This document shows positions 38,451 to 49,079 of a stretch of 64,000 nucleotides of DNA, one piece after another. The position numbers and the translations under genes were made by a program. Source of the DNA: an uncultured Verrucomicrobiae bacterium (GTDB lineage: Bacteria; Verrucomicrobiota; Verrucomicrobiia; Chthoniobacterales; JAFAMB01). How positions within the stretch are numbered: position 1 is the stretch's first letter; each line of letters starts with the position of its first letter. Where the stretch lies: the NCBI GenBank assembly GCA_963762565.1, contig CAVXLD010000003.1, positions 704,001-768,000 of the forward strand. Direction: 5' to 3'. The notes beneath the pieces were generated by a model, which worked only from the letters and a program-made list of their open reading frames with translations, ran no database searches and was not told the origin of the DNA.

Positions 38451-40211
38451 ATGGGCGTCGATGTATTCATAAGTTACGCGATTGCGGATAAGCTCACGGC
38501 AGATGCTGCCTGTGCGGCCTTGGAATCTGCGGGGATCCGTTGTTGGATTGCACCTCGCGATGTTCTGCCGGGAATGGACTACGCAGAAGCGATCATTGAA
38601 GCACTTGAGAAATGCCGCGGGATGCTCCTGATTTTTTCCTCGAACGCAAATCGCTCGAACCAAGTGAAGCGCGAAGTTGAGCGAGCGGTACATCATGGTA
38701 TCCCGATCATCCCTTTTCGTATCGAAGATGTGCCGCCAGCCCGAGCTCTGGAATATTATATCAGCTCACCGCATTGGCTCGATGCTCTTACGCCGCCGCT
38801 GGAGCAACATCTGAAGCAGCTCGCCTCCACCATTCAGATTTTGCTGGATCGGGCGAGCAGCCAGAGCAGTCAAGCGCCGGCAGGTCGCCGCGAGGAAAGG
38901 CTCGTTAGCCGCGTCTCTCAGCCGGCGGGCCCTGGCGCGCAAACCCCGAGCTCTGGCGCGCAAACCCCGAGCTCTGGCGGGACACAGTCCGGCTCGACAG
39001 GGGCCGCTCCGCAGAGCGGTTTTCCTGCTCATCCCAGCAGCGTCCCTGGAACGGTTGGGGGAGTGCCGCCTCCGGCGAAGCGAAAAGCTCCGGTGGCAGT
39101 GATCATCGTAATCGCGGTCCTGGCCTTTCTGGTGATCGCGTTCGTTTGTTTTGGGTTAGTTGCAGCGTATGTCGTCAGCCAAGGCCTAAAAAGAGAACAT
39201 GTAGCTGTACAGGTGCCCAGCCCAACCGCATTCTCGCCTTCACCCAAACCGCAACCTACTGAGACCTCGACTCCGACGGATGCAACCAGTGCCTTAGCAG
39301 CGGGTCAGACGCATGAAACGCAAGGCGACTACCAGACTGCAGTCAGTGATTACTCCGTGGCTATTCAACTGGATCCAAGCAATGCTGAATCCTATAGCAA
39401 ACGCGGCAACTGCTATAAGAATCTCGGGCAGTACGATCAAGCGCTAAGCGACTACAATACGGCGATCCGTTTGCGGCCGGATAATCCTGACTATTACAAT
39501 GACCGCGGAATCGTGCTTTGGAAGACGAAGCAGTACGACAACGCCATCGCAGACTACAACCAGGCGTTACACCTGAACGGCAACGTTTCCCGGGCCTATA
39601 ATAATCGGGGACTAGCCTATTACGACAAGGGCAATGTTCAGCAAGCGCTGAGCGACTATGACGCTGCCATGAAGGCAGACCCGCAGTTTGCCGATCCTTA
39701 CTACAATCGCGGCCTGCTGCATTATTACTCCAAGGAATACGATCCGGCGATTTCTGATTTCTCGGCCGCGATCGAACGCGAGCAGAGATACGCCAACGCT
39801 TATTACATGCGCGCACTTTGCTATCAGACCTTAGGAAACTATAAAAAAGCCATCAGCGACTATTCCTATGCGATCGATATCAACGACAATTTCTTGGATG
39901 CTTATAACAACCGGGGTTTGTGCTATGACGATTTAAAGGATGTCGATCACGCGATGTCTGACTATAACGAAGCGATCCGGAGAGACCAGAGTTACATGCT
40001 GGCGTACTATAACCGAGGCATCGCTCTGTCCGAGAAAGGAAAGCCTGAGGACGCCATTAACGACTTTAACGAAGCGATCCGTCTCAATCCGAACTACGGC
40101 CGGGCATACTATAACCGGGCAACGGCTTACCAGAAACTGGGGCAGGGGGATAAGGCCAAGGCCGATTTCGCCGAAGCGCGTCGCCTAGGAGTAACGGGCG
40201 GTAATCGGTGA
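38451..40211 (+). CDS. TIR-transmembrane-TPR protein
   Basis: DVFISY...WIAPRD...REVERA (TIR), hydrophobic helix after KRK, about nine 34-aa TPRs (AYNNRG..Y..AI.DY). Confidence 0.9.
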   Translation: MGVDVFISYAIADKLTADAACAALESAGIRCWIAPRDVLPGMDYAEAIIEALEKCRGMLLIFSSNANRSNQVKREVERAVHHGIPIIPFRIEDVPPARALEYYISSPHWLDALTPPLEQHLKQLASTIQILLDRASSQSSQAPAGRREERLVSRVSQPAGPGAQTPSSGAQTPSSGGTQSGSTGAAPQSGFPAHPSSVPGTVGGVPPPAKRKAPVAVIIVIAVLAFLVIAFVCFGLVAAYVVSQGLKREHVAVQVPSPTAFSPSPKPQPTETSTPTDATSALAAGQTHETQGDYQTAVSDYSVAIQLDPSNAESYSKRGNCYKNLGQYDQALSDYNTAIRLRPDNPDYYNDRGIVLWKTKQYDNAIADYNQALHLNGNVSRAYNNRGLAYYDKGNVQQALSDYDAAMKADPQFADPYYNRGLLHYYSKEYDPAISDFSAAIEREQRYANAYYMRALCYQTLGNYKKAISDYSYAIDINDNFLDAYNNRGLCYDDLKDVDHAMSDYNEAIRRDQSYMLAYYNRGIALSEKGKPEDAINDFNEAIRLNPNYGRAYYNRATAYQKLGQGDKAKADFAEARRLGVTGGNR

Positions 40212-40382
40212 GCCAAACTTGTTCGTGCGGCATCCCAGGCAGTAAACGGCCAGGCTACTATCATATGGTCCCTCCGGGCTGCCTTTTTTGGCGTGTGTTT
40301 GTAGGCGCTATCCTGTATAAGTGAAAGCTTGGCTGCAGGAGGTTGGCACTAGCAGGATTTAACCAGCGAAGCTCCTACTACC

Positions 40383-41192
40383 GTGGAATCAATTTCAGTC
40401 CGAAGCGTACAGGCTTTGATGAGCAGCCTGGAAATGATCCACGGCGCGGAGGACTTAAAGCAATTCCCGGGCGTCGTGTTTAACGCGCTTGGCCACTTGA
40501 TCGAGGGCAGCCTTTTTTCATTGGACACATTCAACGTCAAGACAGGGGAAGTGATTAGTGCGACGAGCGACAATGTCCCAATCTCTTGCGAGATAAAGAA
40601 ACGGATTGTGGAATTGGTTCCGACGAATCCGGTCATCCCGATTGCGCTGAATGGCGCCAAAGGCGCGATCAGGCTCACCGATTGTATCAGTCAACGCCAG
40701 TTTGAACAGACCGCCCTTTACTTAGACGTTTTTAGACCGCTCCAAATACGCCACCAAACGGTGGTCACGCTTGACATCCCTGGGCATATCGCCGGGGTCA
40801 CCGTAAACCGGGACAAAGATTTCACCGACGAAGAAGCGCTCCTGCTAAGCTTGGCCGCCCCACATTTGGCTCTGGCCCATCGGAACCTTCAACGCATAGA
40901 AGCGATGAGAATCGCCGCAGATGAGGTCGTTCCGGGCCCCCAGGATCTCGAGCGGATTGGACTAACTCCGCGAGAGGCCGAAGTGTTACACTGGGTGATA
41001 AAAGGAAAACAGGACGGGGTCATTGCCACTATCCTAAGAATCAGCGTTCGAACCGTTCACCAGCACATCGCCCGCATCCTTCGAAAGCTCCAATCTGAGA
41101 CCCGCGGATCAGCAGGCTATGAGGCAATGGTCAAATTCAAGGGGCTACAGAATTGTTCCCTGAGCGGCATCGGTGAACCAGTGGCAGATTAG
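40383..41192 (+). CDS. LuxR-family transcriptional regulator with N-terminal sensor domain
   Basis: GLTPREAEVLHWVIKGK..IATILRISVRTVHQH. The N-domain ends DFTDEE..LL..APHL (GAF-like). Confidence 0.85.
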   Translation: MESISVRSVQALMSSLEMIHGAEDLKQFPGVVFNALGHLIEGSLFSLDTFNVKTGEVISATSDNVPISCEIKKRIVELVPTNPVIPIALNGAKGAIRLTDCISQRQFEQTALYLDVFRPLQIRHQTVVTLDIPGHIAGVTVNRDKDFTDEEALLLSLAAPHLALAHRNLQRIEAMRIAADEVVPGPQDLERIGLTPREAEVLHWVIKGKQDGVIATILRISVRTVHQHIARILRKLQSETRGSAGYEAMVKFKGLQNCSLSGIGEPVAD

Positions 41193-41469
41193 GCTGTTTG
41201 CTCCTAATCCTACGAACAAAGGCACAAGAGACGCACGCCGTTGTCCGGTACCGAAGCGCTAGGTTTTCGGCATCGTCCTCGTGCTCGTGCTCGCCCTCGT
41301 GCTCGAAAAAACGGCTCCAACGCCATCTCGTGCGCAGACTCCGACGACAAAAACGAAACCCGGCGGACCTAGTCCTGGATCGCGACATATCTTGTCTGTC
41401 GCCTTTCGAGCACGAGCACGAGCACGAGGATGAGGGTGAGAAGATCTCCGCGCGATCGACTTTGCGTTC

Positions 41470-43473
41470 TTAAGCGCGCTTCGCCTTTTCGCTACCTCTT
41501 GCGACATGGGTCGCGATTTCAGTTGCCCGTGAACCCTGAGTAGCCAGGTAAAGGCTATATAGCAAGCCGCAGTTGGGTAACAGCTCCTCCATCGTTCCTT
41601 GTTCCACGACGGATCCCTTGTCGATTACTACGAAGTAATCGCAGAATTGTAACAGCCAGTTCACGTCGTGGTCGACTACCATGACGGTTTTCCCGTTCGT
41701 GGCGTCTCGGAGTTTGTCGATCAGTAAAAATTTCTCCTCGTTATCCATCCCAACGGTCGGTTCGTCGAGCAAGAGGAACGTAGGGTCCCGGAGCAGACAA
41801 CGGGTTAAGGCTAGTAATTTTTTCTGTCCGCCAGACAAAGCGCGTGCGGCGGCAAGCTCGGTATCCAAGGTGATTGCGGGACGTTTCGTGGACAGGATAT
41901 CCCAGATGCCGGTCCTCCGGCAGAGCGCGATAAGCTCGTCATCTGTGGCCTCGGGTTTCGGCATACGCAAGTTATCACGCAGGCTGCCATAGAAGAACAC
42001 CGGGAACTGCGACATCATCACCGCATGTTGGCGGATGCTATCGAAGGTGAATTCAGTCGACGGATGGCCACCCAGCAAAATCTGACCCGACTGCGGATCA
42101 TAGAACCGAAGGAGCAGTTTAAAAAACGTTGTTTTGCCTTGGCCCATTTTCGCAACGAACCCGGTCCGCCTCCCAGGGGGTATCCGGAAGGTCAAGCCAG
42201 TAAAAACCGGATTAGCGTTCGGTTGATACGAAAAAGCCAGATCTCGCACTTCTATGGTCGGCTCGAGTGTGGCCGGTGCGATTGTGCCCGGCCGCTCCTC
42301 GGATCCGGTCTTGCGTTTAAGGACGGATTCAACGCGTTCAATGCTACCAAGACCGTTAAAAAGCATAACCATGCTTCCGGACAACGCGTTGATTGGGTTC
42401 ACCATCAGTGGCGCCAAGAGCAGGATAGTTAAAACATTGCCGATGGGCGCGGTCCCGTATGACTGAACCGCGAGCCATAGGCCTAGACCGAGAAGAATAA
42501 TTTGGACGACCAGGGTTGGCGTCTGGTTCAGGATGTTGATCGCGCTAACGGAGGTCTGTTGGCGGAGCTTGGCCCTTAGTGATTCTTCAAGAGTACTCTT
42601 ATACTTGGATGAAAAGAGCTTCTCAGATCGCATCGCCTGGATTTCTTCAGGAGACAATACTGCGCCGGTGACTAGACTGGAGAGTGCGGCCAAGGCTTGC
42701 TGAACTTCCCGGCCGGCGCCGGACAACTTTTCACCGAGCCTTCCCATCAGCCAGGGAGCAGCCAGAGCCAACAGAACAATCAGGATCAGGACCGCAGCTG
42801 TGGGCACTCTGGTACCTAAAAGGTCGATCCAGCCCGATAGCTTACTAAAGTTGTAGGCCATCTGGCCGGTGGTGATAACCAAAAGCAGCACTTGTATCAC
42901 TGGATCAACCAAGATTTGGCGAAGCGTCATCTGGGTCTCGACTGCCAGCGTGTTGACGATCGTGGCTAATTCTCCGCCGCTGTATTCAAAGAAGAACTCG
43001 GGAGATTGACCGAGAACCCGATCAAACACTTGGCTCCGCAGATAGTTCGACATCGTGATATCCATTCTGGTCCCTATCCACTTTGCCGGGATACCCAGAA
43101 CCACTCCAAGGATCGCAAACAGGATCCATAGGAAATAGCCAAGAACTACGTCGCTGCTTTGCTCTTGTTGCCGTCCTTGGGCGGATTCGACGCTTGGAGT
43201 CTGCCCAGTTCCGGCTGGGCCAGGCCCTGTCGTTACTGAACCAGCGTTCTCCCTTTTATCTCTGGCAGCGCCTTGGCGGTCTTGCCAATTAGCGACCTGC
43301 TGGAGGTGGCTGGTTACTTCACCTAGAAATTGAGTAGCGGCGTTCCCAACCAACGAGCTTGCGAGCGATACGACGACGTATAACAGAGCCAACGGCCGGC
43401 AAACGCCGAGGAGTCGCCAACTCCATAACCAGAGTTTGGCCCATTCGATCCGCTGAACAGGTTTGGCAGCCAT
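41470..43473 (-). CDS. ABC exporter, fused permease/ATPase
   Basis: TM domain, Walker A AKMGQGKT, LSGGQ, LLLDEPT, VDHD. Confidence 0.9.
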   Translation of the reverse strand: MAAKPVQRIEWAKLWLWSWRLLGVCRPLALLYVVVSLASSLVGNAATQFLGEVTSHLQQVANWQDRQGAARDKRENAGSVTTGPGPAGTGQTPSVESAQGRQQEQSSDVVLGYFLWILFAILGVVLGIPAKWIGTRMDITMSNYLRSQVFDRVLGQSPEFFFEYSGGELATIVNTLAVETQMTLRQILVDPVIQVLLLVITTGQMAYNFSKLSGWIDLLGTRVPTAAVLILIVLLALAAPWLMGRLGEKLSGAGREVQQALAALSSLVTGAVLSPEEIQAMRSEKLFSSKYKSTLEESLRAKLRQQTSVSAINILNQTPTLVVQIILLGLGLWLAVQSYGTAPIGNVLTILLLAPLMVNPINALSGSMVMLFNGLGSIERVESVLKRKTGSEERPGTIAPATLEPTIEVRDLAFSYQPNANPVFTGLTFRIPPGRRTGFVAKMGQGKTTFFKLLLRFYDPQSGQILLGGHPSTEFTFDSIRQHAVMMSQFPVFFYGSLRDNLRMPKPEATDDELIALCRRTGIWDILSTKRPAITLDTELAAARALSGGQKKLLALTRCLLRDPTFLLLDEPTVGMDNEEKFLLIDKLRDATNGKTVMVVDHDVNWLLQFCDYFVVIDKGSVVEQGTMEELLPNCGLLYSLYLATQGSRATEIATHVARGSEKAKRA

Positions 43474-43797
43474 CTATTCCCGTTGGACGATTTGTTCGGC
43501 CCAGCACGAGAAATTCAATTGTGGCGAATTGGAGGATGTCTCTCTGCAGATTCAAGCCCCAATGTTTGGGGGGAACTCACCAGGCGCTTCGTTCTCGCCC
43601 TCGTCTTTCCGACTTCGCCAACGTCCCAGTTGTGGAGCGCGCCTCGCTTGCGAGGCCGACTTCCAGCGGTTGGCAATTTATAGACCATGGGCTTCGTCGG
43701 ACACGCTGTCCTCGAATCCGGCCGCGCGGAGTGTTGGAGTACTGCGCCAAGTCCGAAAAGCACTCGCGTAGCGGGTTGGAGATGCTGATGGACGAGA

Positions 43798-44034
43798 TCA
43801 GGAAACAACCTGGTACGTACCCTGGCATTGACCGCAGGTGAACCATTCGCCTTCGTAGTCGAGCGATATGATTCGATTAGTGCCGCAGTGCGGACAGGCT
43901 ACAAAAATAAGAACGGACCGGCCCTCAACCTCTGTGCCGGCCTCCGATGCTGCTCTTTCTTTGCCCTGTTTGGTCGGGTCGAGATCGCCCTCTGTCTTTT
44001 TGGTTTGACGCTCTTGTTTCAGTGATTCAGCCAT
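43798..44034 (-). CDS. Small zinc-ribbon protein
   Basis: 78 aa with a charged, disordered N-half and CPHCG...CGQCQG. Confidence 0.65.
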   Translation of the reverse strand: MAESLKQERQTKKTEGDLDPTKQGKERAASEAGTEVEGRSVLIFVACPHCGTNRIISLDYEGEWFTCGQCQGTYQVVS

Positions 44035-44411
44035 TTGAATTATCTTTCTATTTGTTTTTGCCCGCCGATACCAGCAGGCATCCATCGATATGACGGCAGA
44101 ACGACTTTTATTTGCAAACTAATTTGTCATTCGGTGCGGCCGATTGGGCGAGACTTGGAGGGGAGCCGCTTTGTAGCTTGGCAGTTCTGTCGGGTGCCAG
44201 CAGGCGGCTCCCGGGAAATGCCCACCGTTAGCCATGGATCAACGACGGCTCGTTTCGATTTGGAACCCGCTGACGGAACTGCTTAGCTCTAGGAACGTTC
44301 CCGGGAGCCGCTTGCTGCCAACCTACAGAGTTGCCAAGTTACAAAGCGGCTCCCCTCCAGGCCTTTGGCATGCAGCGCCGCTGTCTCATTGGGACAACAG
44401 TACGCTTGCTC

Positions 44412-46460
44412 CTATGGCTCTGCGACCTCGGTATCCGCACCGTCTGTAATCGGTGAGCTCAATCGGAAGAGGGGATAGCGACCGTAGTTTTTGGCGAAAT
44501 CAATCTGGCCAAGATAGTCGAACCCGAACCGGCGGCGCTTATCCCGCCTCTGGCTATCGATAATAACGTAAGAAACGAACGCTTCGGTTGCCCAGACCTC
44601 GCCCTCGCGAACAATCGGCTCGATACGGGCAGCGTGGCTGACGTGCGATCCGGTGAAAGAGATTTGGCGAATGACCGGGTCAAGGCAAAGGATCACCGGA
44701 CCGGTATGGAGACTGATCCTGAGGTTGAGCGGAGCGGTTAACAGTCGCCGCCAACCTCCTTGCTTCAGCATCTCCAGCAGCCGCAGAGCGACGTCCCCTG
44801 CCGCCACCGGTTCATCGAAAACGAAGTAGATGGCATCACCCCAGGTGTTGGTCAGTACCGGGCGAGGTGGTTCCGAAATCAGCGAGGAAATCATTCCCAG
44901 AAATTCAGGAGCGAAGTGCTTGATCTGGTCTTCAGGGATCTTGCTGTAACCGACAACATCAGCAAACAGAAGTGTCTTTATCGTCTGCTGGCCTTCACTG
45001 ACCGTGATTTCTCCAAATGAAATCCGGTCTAACTTCTCATTCTTTGTTTTAGCAGCCGTGATCTTTTCCAGATCGACTACATCGACCGCATGGCCTCTTG
45101 ACGTCCAAAAGTCCACAAAACTGGAAGTGCCGCCTAGACCGTCTCCACGCCGGCCGTCCCAGACCGCCATCGGCCGCACATCCGAGGCCAGTTTATCAGA
45201 CCGGAACAGGGCCATCCCGTTCATGCAGTTGTTGCAGTAGACATAACCGAGATTCCCGCTAGGAGCGCCTTGTTGAGAAAGGAAGGTGACGGAAGTGGCC
45301 TCCTCGAGGGCCCGATCGAATCGCCGTTCCCATACCTGGCCACCGATCAATACGCTGGTCTGCTTAAACTCTTCTTTTCGCCAAGGAAGAACCACCTGAA
45401 TATCGGCATCTCGGGCTAACATTGCTTCGATGAAAAGCAGATCCGAACCACATGCCGCGGACGAGATCCCGATCTGGGCGTCAAGCGAATCGAGAGTCAG
45501 GCGTATCTGTTCTTCGACGGCCTCCACGTATTGGGCTGGGAAACGAGGCACTTCACGGCCCGGTGCATCAACCATGTGACCGGAGAAAATGATGACACCC
45601 GGGACACGGAAGATCCTTTTGAGCGCGCCGAAGTCCCAATCCAGCGATTCGCAGATTCGGTTGGCTTGTTTGCTAGTCGAGCTTAAATCGCCCCAGCCCC
45701 GCTTTTGGTGCATTAGCAGCGAATATTTTTGGTAATACTCAAAAGTTGGTTGAGTAATCTCTCCCACATCAGCGCTTAGCACTAACTCAGCCTCGGCCAT
45801 TGATGCCAGGGCCCAGTAGTCATCCGGGTTAGAAGCCAGCGATTCGAGGCAGAGTTGTTTCACTTCTCCGGCCAATCTACGAGCGGCTGCCCGGTCGTTC
45901 AGCCAGAGTGACAAGGTACAGGCGTTTATGGCAGGATAGTATTCTCCATTCACCGCGTAAGCCTGCAAATAGCAGGCTCGCGATCGGGCCAGAAACTTCT
46001 CCCGAGCTGGCCCCGGAAATTTGGCCAGATCTTTGTAAGTCCGTCCCAGTGCGCTTAACGATTTATCGTCCTCGGCACGGATCGCTAACAGATCTCGCAG
46101 GATCTTTTGAGCTTCTCGAATCGAGCCTAGCCGCGACAGGGCGATCGCTTGTTCGCGCGCCAGATCGATTTGTTGGTTTTTTACTATCTCCGGAAATTTC
46201 TGGCGAAACGCAGTCTCCAGGCTCTCGCTGCCCTCGCTCGCGATTTCCAAGGCGATCAGATTCTCGCCTAGCTGGGTTGCGGCTTTCGCTAAGCGAGTAT
46301 AGACCGAGCTATCCTTGCTGAACGGGAGTCTGTCGTCAGAGTCATCGCCCTGCTGATATTGCGCCACCAGTCGTGGAAACCATTCAAAACGCGCGTACCA
46401 AAACCGGCGAATTCCGCGAACGGACTTCAGCGCGGGCATTAGCTCGTCCAGAATAGGCAT
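44412..46460 (-). CDS. TPR-S/DUF4071 + SLOG-like + class III nucleotide cyclase protein
   Basis: LGRTYKDL, YYPAINA, DYWALAS (DUF4071-like); FSGHMVD..RFP, SAACGSDLLF, AVWDG..GGT (SLOG-like); LFADVVGYS, WGDA, RISLHTGP, AARIE (cyclase). Confidence 0.8.
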   Translation of the reverse strand: MPILDELMPALKSVRGIRRFWYARFEWFPRLVAQYQQGDDSDDRLPFSKDSSVYTRLAKAATQLGENLIALEIASEGSESLETAFRQKFPEIVKNQQIDLAREQAIALSRLGSIREAQKILRDLLAIRAEDDKSLSALGRTYKDLAKFPGPAREKFLARSRACYLQAYAVNGEYYPAINACTLSLWLNDRAAARRLAGEVKQLCLESLASNPDDYWALASMAEAELVLSADVGEITQPTFEYYQKYSLLMHQKRGWGDLSSTSKQANRICESLDWDFGALKRIFRVPGVIIFSGHMVDAPGREVPRFPAQYVEAVEEQIRLTLDSLDAQIGISSAACGSDLLFIEAMLARDADIQVVLPWRKEEFKQTSVLIGGQVWERRFDRALEEATSVTFLSQQGAPSGNLGYVYCNNCMNGMALFRSDKLASDVRPMAVWDGRRGDGLGGTSSFVDFWTSRGHAVDVVDLEKITAAKTKNEKLDRISFGEITVSEGQQTIKTLLFADVVGYSKIPEDQIKHFAPEFLGMISSLISEPPRPVLTNTWGDAIYFVFDEPVAAGDVALRLLEMLKQGGWRRLLTAPLNLRISLHTGPVILCLDPVIRQISFTGSHVSHAARIEPIVREGEVWATEAFVSYVIIDSQRRDKRRRFGFDYLGQIDFAKNYGRYPLFRLSSPITDGADTEVAEP

Positions 46461-46499
46461 CTACCGCCCGATCATCGCGTGTCGCCGCCTCGGTTGCAA

Positions 46500-46816
46500 G
46501 AAAGGCGAGAGGGAGGCGAAAAGGCGAGAGGGCGAGAGGGAGGCGAAAGGGCGAGTGGGCGAAAGGGCGAAAGGGCGCAGACCGGTGCGGCGTGTCGGCG
46601 TGCGGGTTCCCGGGGGGCGTTGGGCCCTGCTATTAGATGGGACTTATAGGACTTATATGACCTATAGGACCAGCCCCTCATCAGTCCTATAGGTCCTATA
46701 GGTCGTATAGGTCCCATCCGATCGCGGAGCCCAGGGCCTCTCCCGAACCCGCGCGGCGCTATGCCCTTTCGGCCGCTTCGCCCTTTTCGCCCACACGCCC
46801 TTTCGCCGTTTCGCCT
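46500..46816. repeat. Nested inverted 8-mer (GGGCGAAA) and 9-mer (CTATAGGAC) tandem arrays
   Basis: Outer arms 46500-46577 and 46764-46816; inner arms within 46636-46718. Confidence 0.8.
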
Positions 46817-46819
46817 CTT

Positions 46820-47995
46820 CTAGCTGCCGTCTACCGCGAACTTCTCCCGGATTGCCGTGATCAAAAAGCTGTCCTGGTTGCGAACCAAATGGGCCCGAAA
46901 ATAACAGACGCCGCTCACGACCTTTCCCTGATTCCGCACGGTAAAAGAGACTTTGAAATTAACTTCATAGGAACCTCCCCGATCCGTAACATTGATCATC
47001 GGCACGCCTAACAATTCATATCGGCGCGAGGGCCACTTTTGATCGTAGTCCTGCAGTTCCCGGTAAATCGACTCATGGGTGCATTGTCCGTTTTCGAAAT
47101 AGTCGCAAGGTGAGGCGTAGTATTCGGTTTGACTCTCGTCCGAGCTGCTTTCACCGGCTCGAACAAACTCCGTGATGAATCGAGCCAGGGAGCCCGTTCC
47201 CTCACTTTCTGCATAGGTAGACCGGCTGGTTTCAGTTTGATCCGCGACAATCAGCACGGTTGAGCCTTTGGCGGATTGAAACACCTGCTGATCGGTGAGC
47301 ACTTCTTGCCGGCTAGAGGGCGTGAAATTAGGAATGATCTTGCGAAGCAGCACTTGAGCTTCATTAATCGGAATAGCGAAGTTAATCCGCTCCGGTAGCG
47401 TTCCGTTTTCTTTTGCGTACTGGAGGGAGTTGATTTTGGCCACAACGATTCCCACCACCTCTCCGTGATTGTTAAGCAGTGGTCCGCCGCTGTTACCCGG
47501 GTTAACATTAGCGTCGATCTGGAATAAGTGTGCGCCGCTGGTACGGCCTTCTCTGACGGCGTTAACCTTGCCATCGGACGCCGACAAAGCCGTTCCGAGC
47601 TCGCCTGGTAACGGATATCCTAACACGATAATGGAATCGAGAACCTGGACCGCCTCGGAGGAGGCAATAGGCAAAGCCGTCAAATTACGCAGCGATACTT
47701 GAAGGATAGCAAGATCGTTTTCCTGGTCGCTTGCAGCCACCCGCGCAGAGATAGCCTCACGTCCAGGAACCGTGACGCTAATTCGGGTCGCATCCTTGAT
47801 GACGTGGTAGTTCGTCAAGATGTAGCCGTTCTGTTGAATCACGAAACCACTGCCGCACATCGCCGCCGCCGCGGCTGAGCCCAGCCTGAAACAAAGAAAA
47901 ATAGCCAAAACCAGCGTTATCCAGGAAAGATACCGCCAGGACAACGGCCGCCCTTCAGCCCCCATCGGCGTGGAGATAATAGAGTCGGTGCGCAT
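46820..47995 (-). CDS. Exported trypsin-like (S1, HtrA-type without PDZ) protease with extra C-terminal domain
   Basis: GSGF, TNYHV, DLAIL, NPGNSGGPL. C-terminal ~120 aa is NTF2-like by pattern. Confidence 0.85.
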   Translation of the reverse strand: MRTDSIISTPMGAEGRPLSWRYLSWITLVLAIFLCFRLGSAAAAAMCGSGFVIQQNGYILTNYHVIKDATRISVTVPGREAISARVAASDQENDLAILQVSLRNLTALPIASSEAVQVLDSIIVLGYPLPGELGTALSASDGKVNAVREGRTSGAHLFQIDANVNPGNSGGPLLNNHGEVVGIVVAKINSLQYAKENGTLPERINFAIPINEAQVLLRKIIPNFTPSSRQEVLTDQQVFQSAKGSTVLIVADQTETSRSTYAESEGTGSLARFITEFVRAGESSSDESQTEYYASPCDYFENGQCTHESIYRELQDYDQKWPSRRYELLGVPMINVTDRGGSYEVNFKVSFTVRNQGKVVSGVCYFRAHLVRNQDSFLITAIREKFAVDGS

Positions 47996-48281
47996 AGGAA
48001 AATTGGTTCAACAATGGCTCGGTCTTTATCGGAAAGACGCCGCGGTAGTCGGCGATTGCAGGGATCCGTGGAGCGCGCCTCGCTTGCGAGGCCGTGGTAA
48101 GCAGGGTTGAATGCGTGGCAGGCCTGAGCTCTAACTTCGCTCTGCAGTGCGCGATAGGCGGCCATGCCGCTTTCGGGCCAACAGAACCACAACAGAGCGT
48201 TGACTACCGTGGGCGGCCCGAGCGTTACCCCTTTGTTCACCACGGCCTCGCAAGCGAGGCAGCGCTCCACGGGCGCCGATC

Positions 48282-49079
48282 CTATCGTTCCCGCCCGTTG
48301 CCGGCGTTTCCAGCCAGTTCCCACGGTTTGGCTAACTGGTGAAGCAACGACTTCGCTTGGAGTGGCACAAGATCTGGGTAAACCGAAAGGATCCGGGCCA
48401 GCAAGGCGGCTCCATGTGGCGCAGCAAAGCTGCTGCCGTGCATCCTACGTCGCTTACCGCCCTTCCATGCCGCCTCAAAGCCGGTGCCGCGAGCCACAAA
48501 CTCGACCAGGTTTCCTGGTCGATAGTAAAAATCTTCTTTGTCCTTCAGTTCACCGTAATTGAAGGTAATTACCGAAGGGAAATAGCCGGGCCATTCGGGC
48601 CTGGAGTAATCATAATTATTGCAAGCCGCTACCACGTGAACGCCCTTCAAATAGGCCAGATCAATCCAAGCTTTGTATCGATGGATATGCTCCGCCACTC
48701 CGCAACCAAAGCTGCAATTAAGAATTTTGTAGTCGTGGTCCAACGCCAGATTCACGCCCTCGGAGATTACATCCGTGCGAGAGGCATTGTTCTCGTTTAG
48801 TACCCGGAAGCTACCGATCGCCGCCTCGGGCGCTAGCGAACGGATAATAGCTGCCACCGCCGTTCCGTGCCCAAATAGATCGGTGCCGTCCCCAGACCGA
48901 ACCACTATCTGTAAGTCGCTCCCGACCACATGAATGTCGTCCGTCAATTGCAGCCCATTTAAGTCCGGGTGAGTGACCTCGATTCCGGAATCGATCACTG
49001 CAATCTTGATATCTTTACCGGTTCCAGTCGTTAGAGCATCACGAGCCTGCTCGACCGTGATCCAAGAACTGGTCTTCAT
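48282..49079 (-). CDS. Minimal S8 (subtilisin-like) protease
   Basis: IAVIDSG, GHGTAVA, AACNN, GSSFAAPH. No signal peptide or prodomain. Confidence 0.88.
   Translation of the reverse strand: MKTSSWITVEQARDALTTGTGKDIKIAVIDSGIEVTHPDLNGLQLTDDIHVVGSDLQIVVRSGDGTDLFGHGTAVAAIIRSLAPEAAIGSFRVLNENNASRTDVISEGVNLALDHDYKILNCSFGCGVAEHIHRYKAWIDLAYLKGVHVVAACNNYDYSRPEWPGYFPSVITFNYGELKDKEDFYYRPGNLVEFVARGTGFEAAWKGGKRRRMHGSSFAAPHGAALLARILSVYPDLVPLQAKSLLHQLAKPWELAGNAGNGRER

Noticed and set aside
41470..44034. RiPP/bacteriocin cluster (ABC exporter plus small peptide)
   Set aside because: No C39 domain, double-glycine leader or modifying enzyme; the cysteines fit a Zn ribbon.
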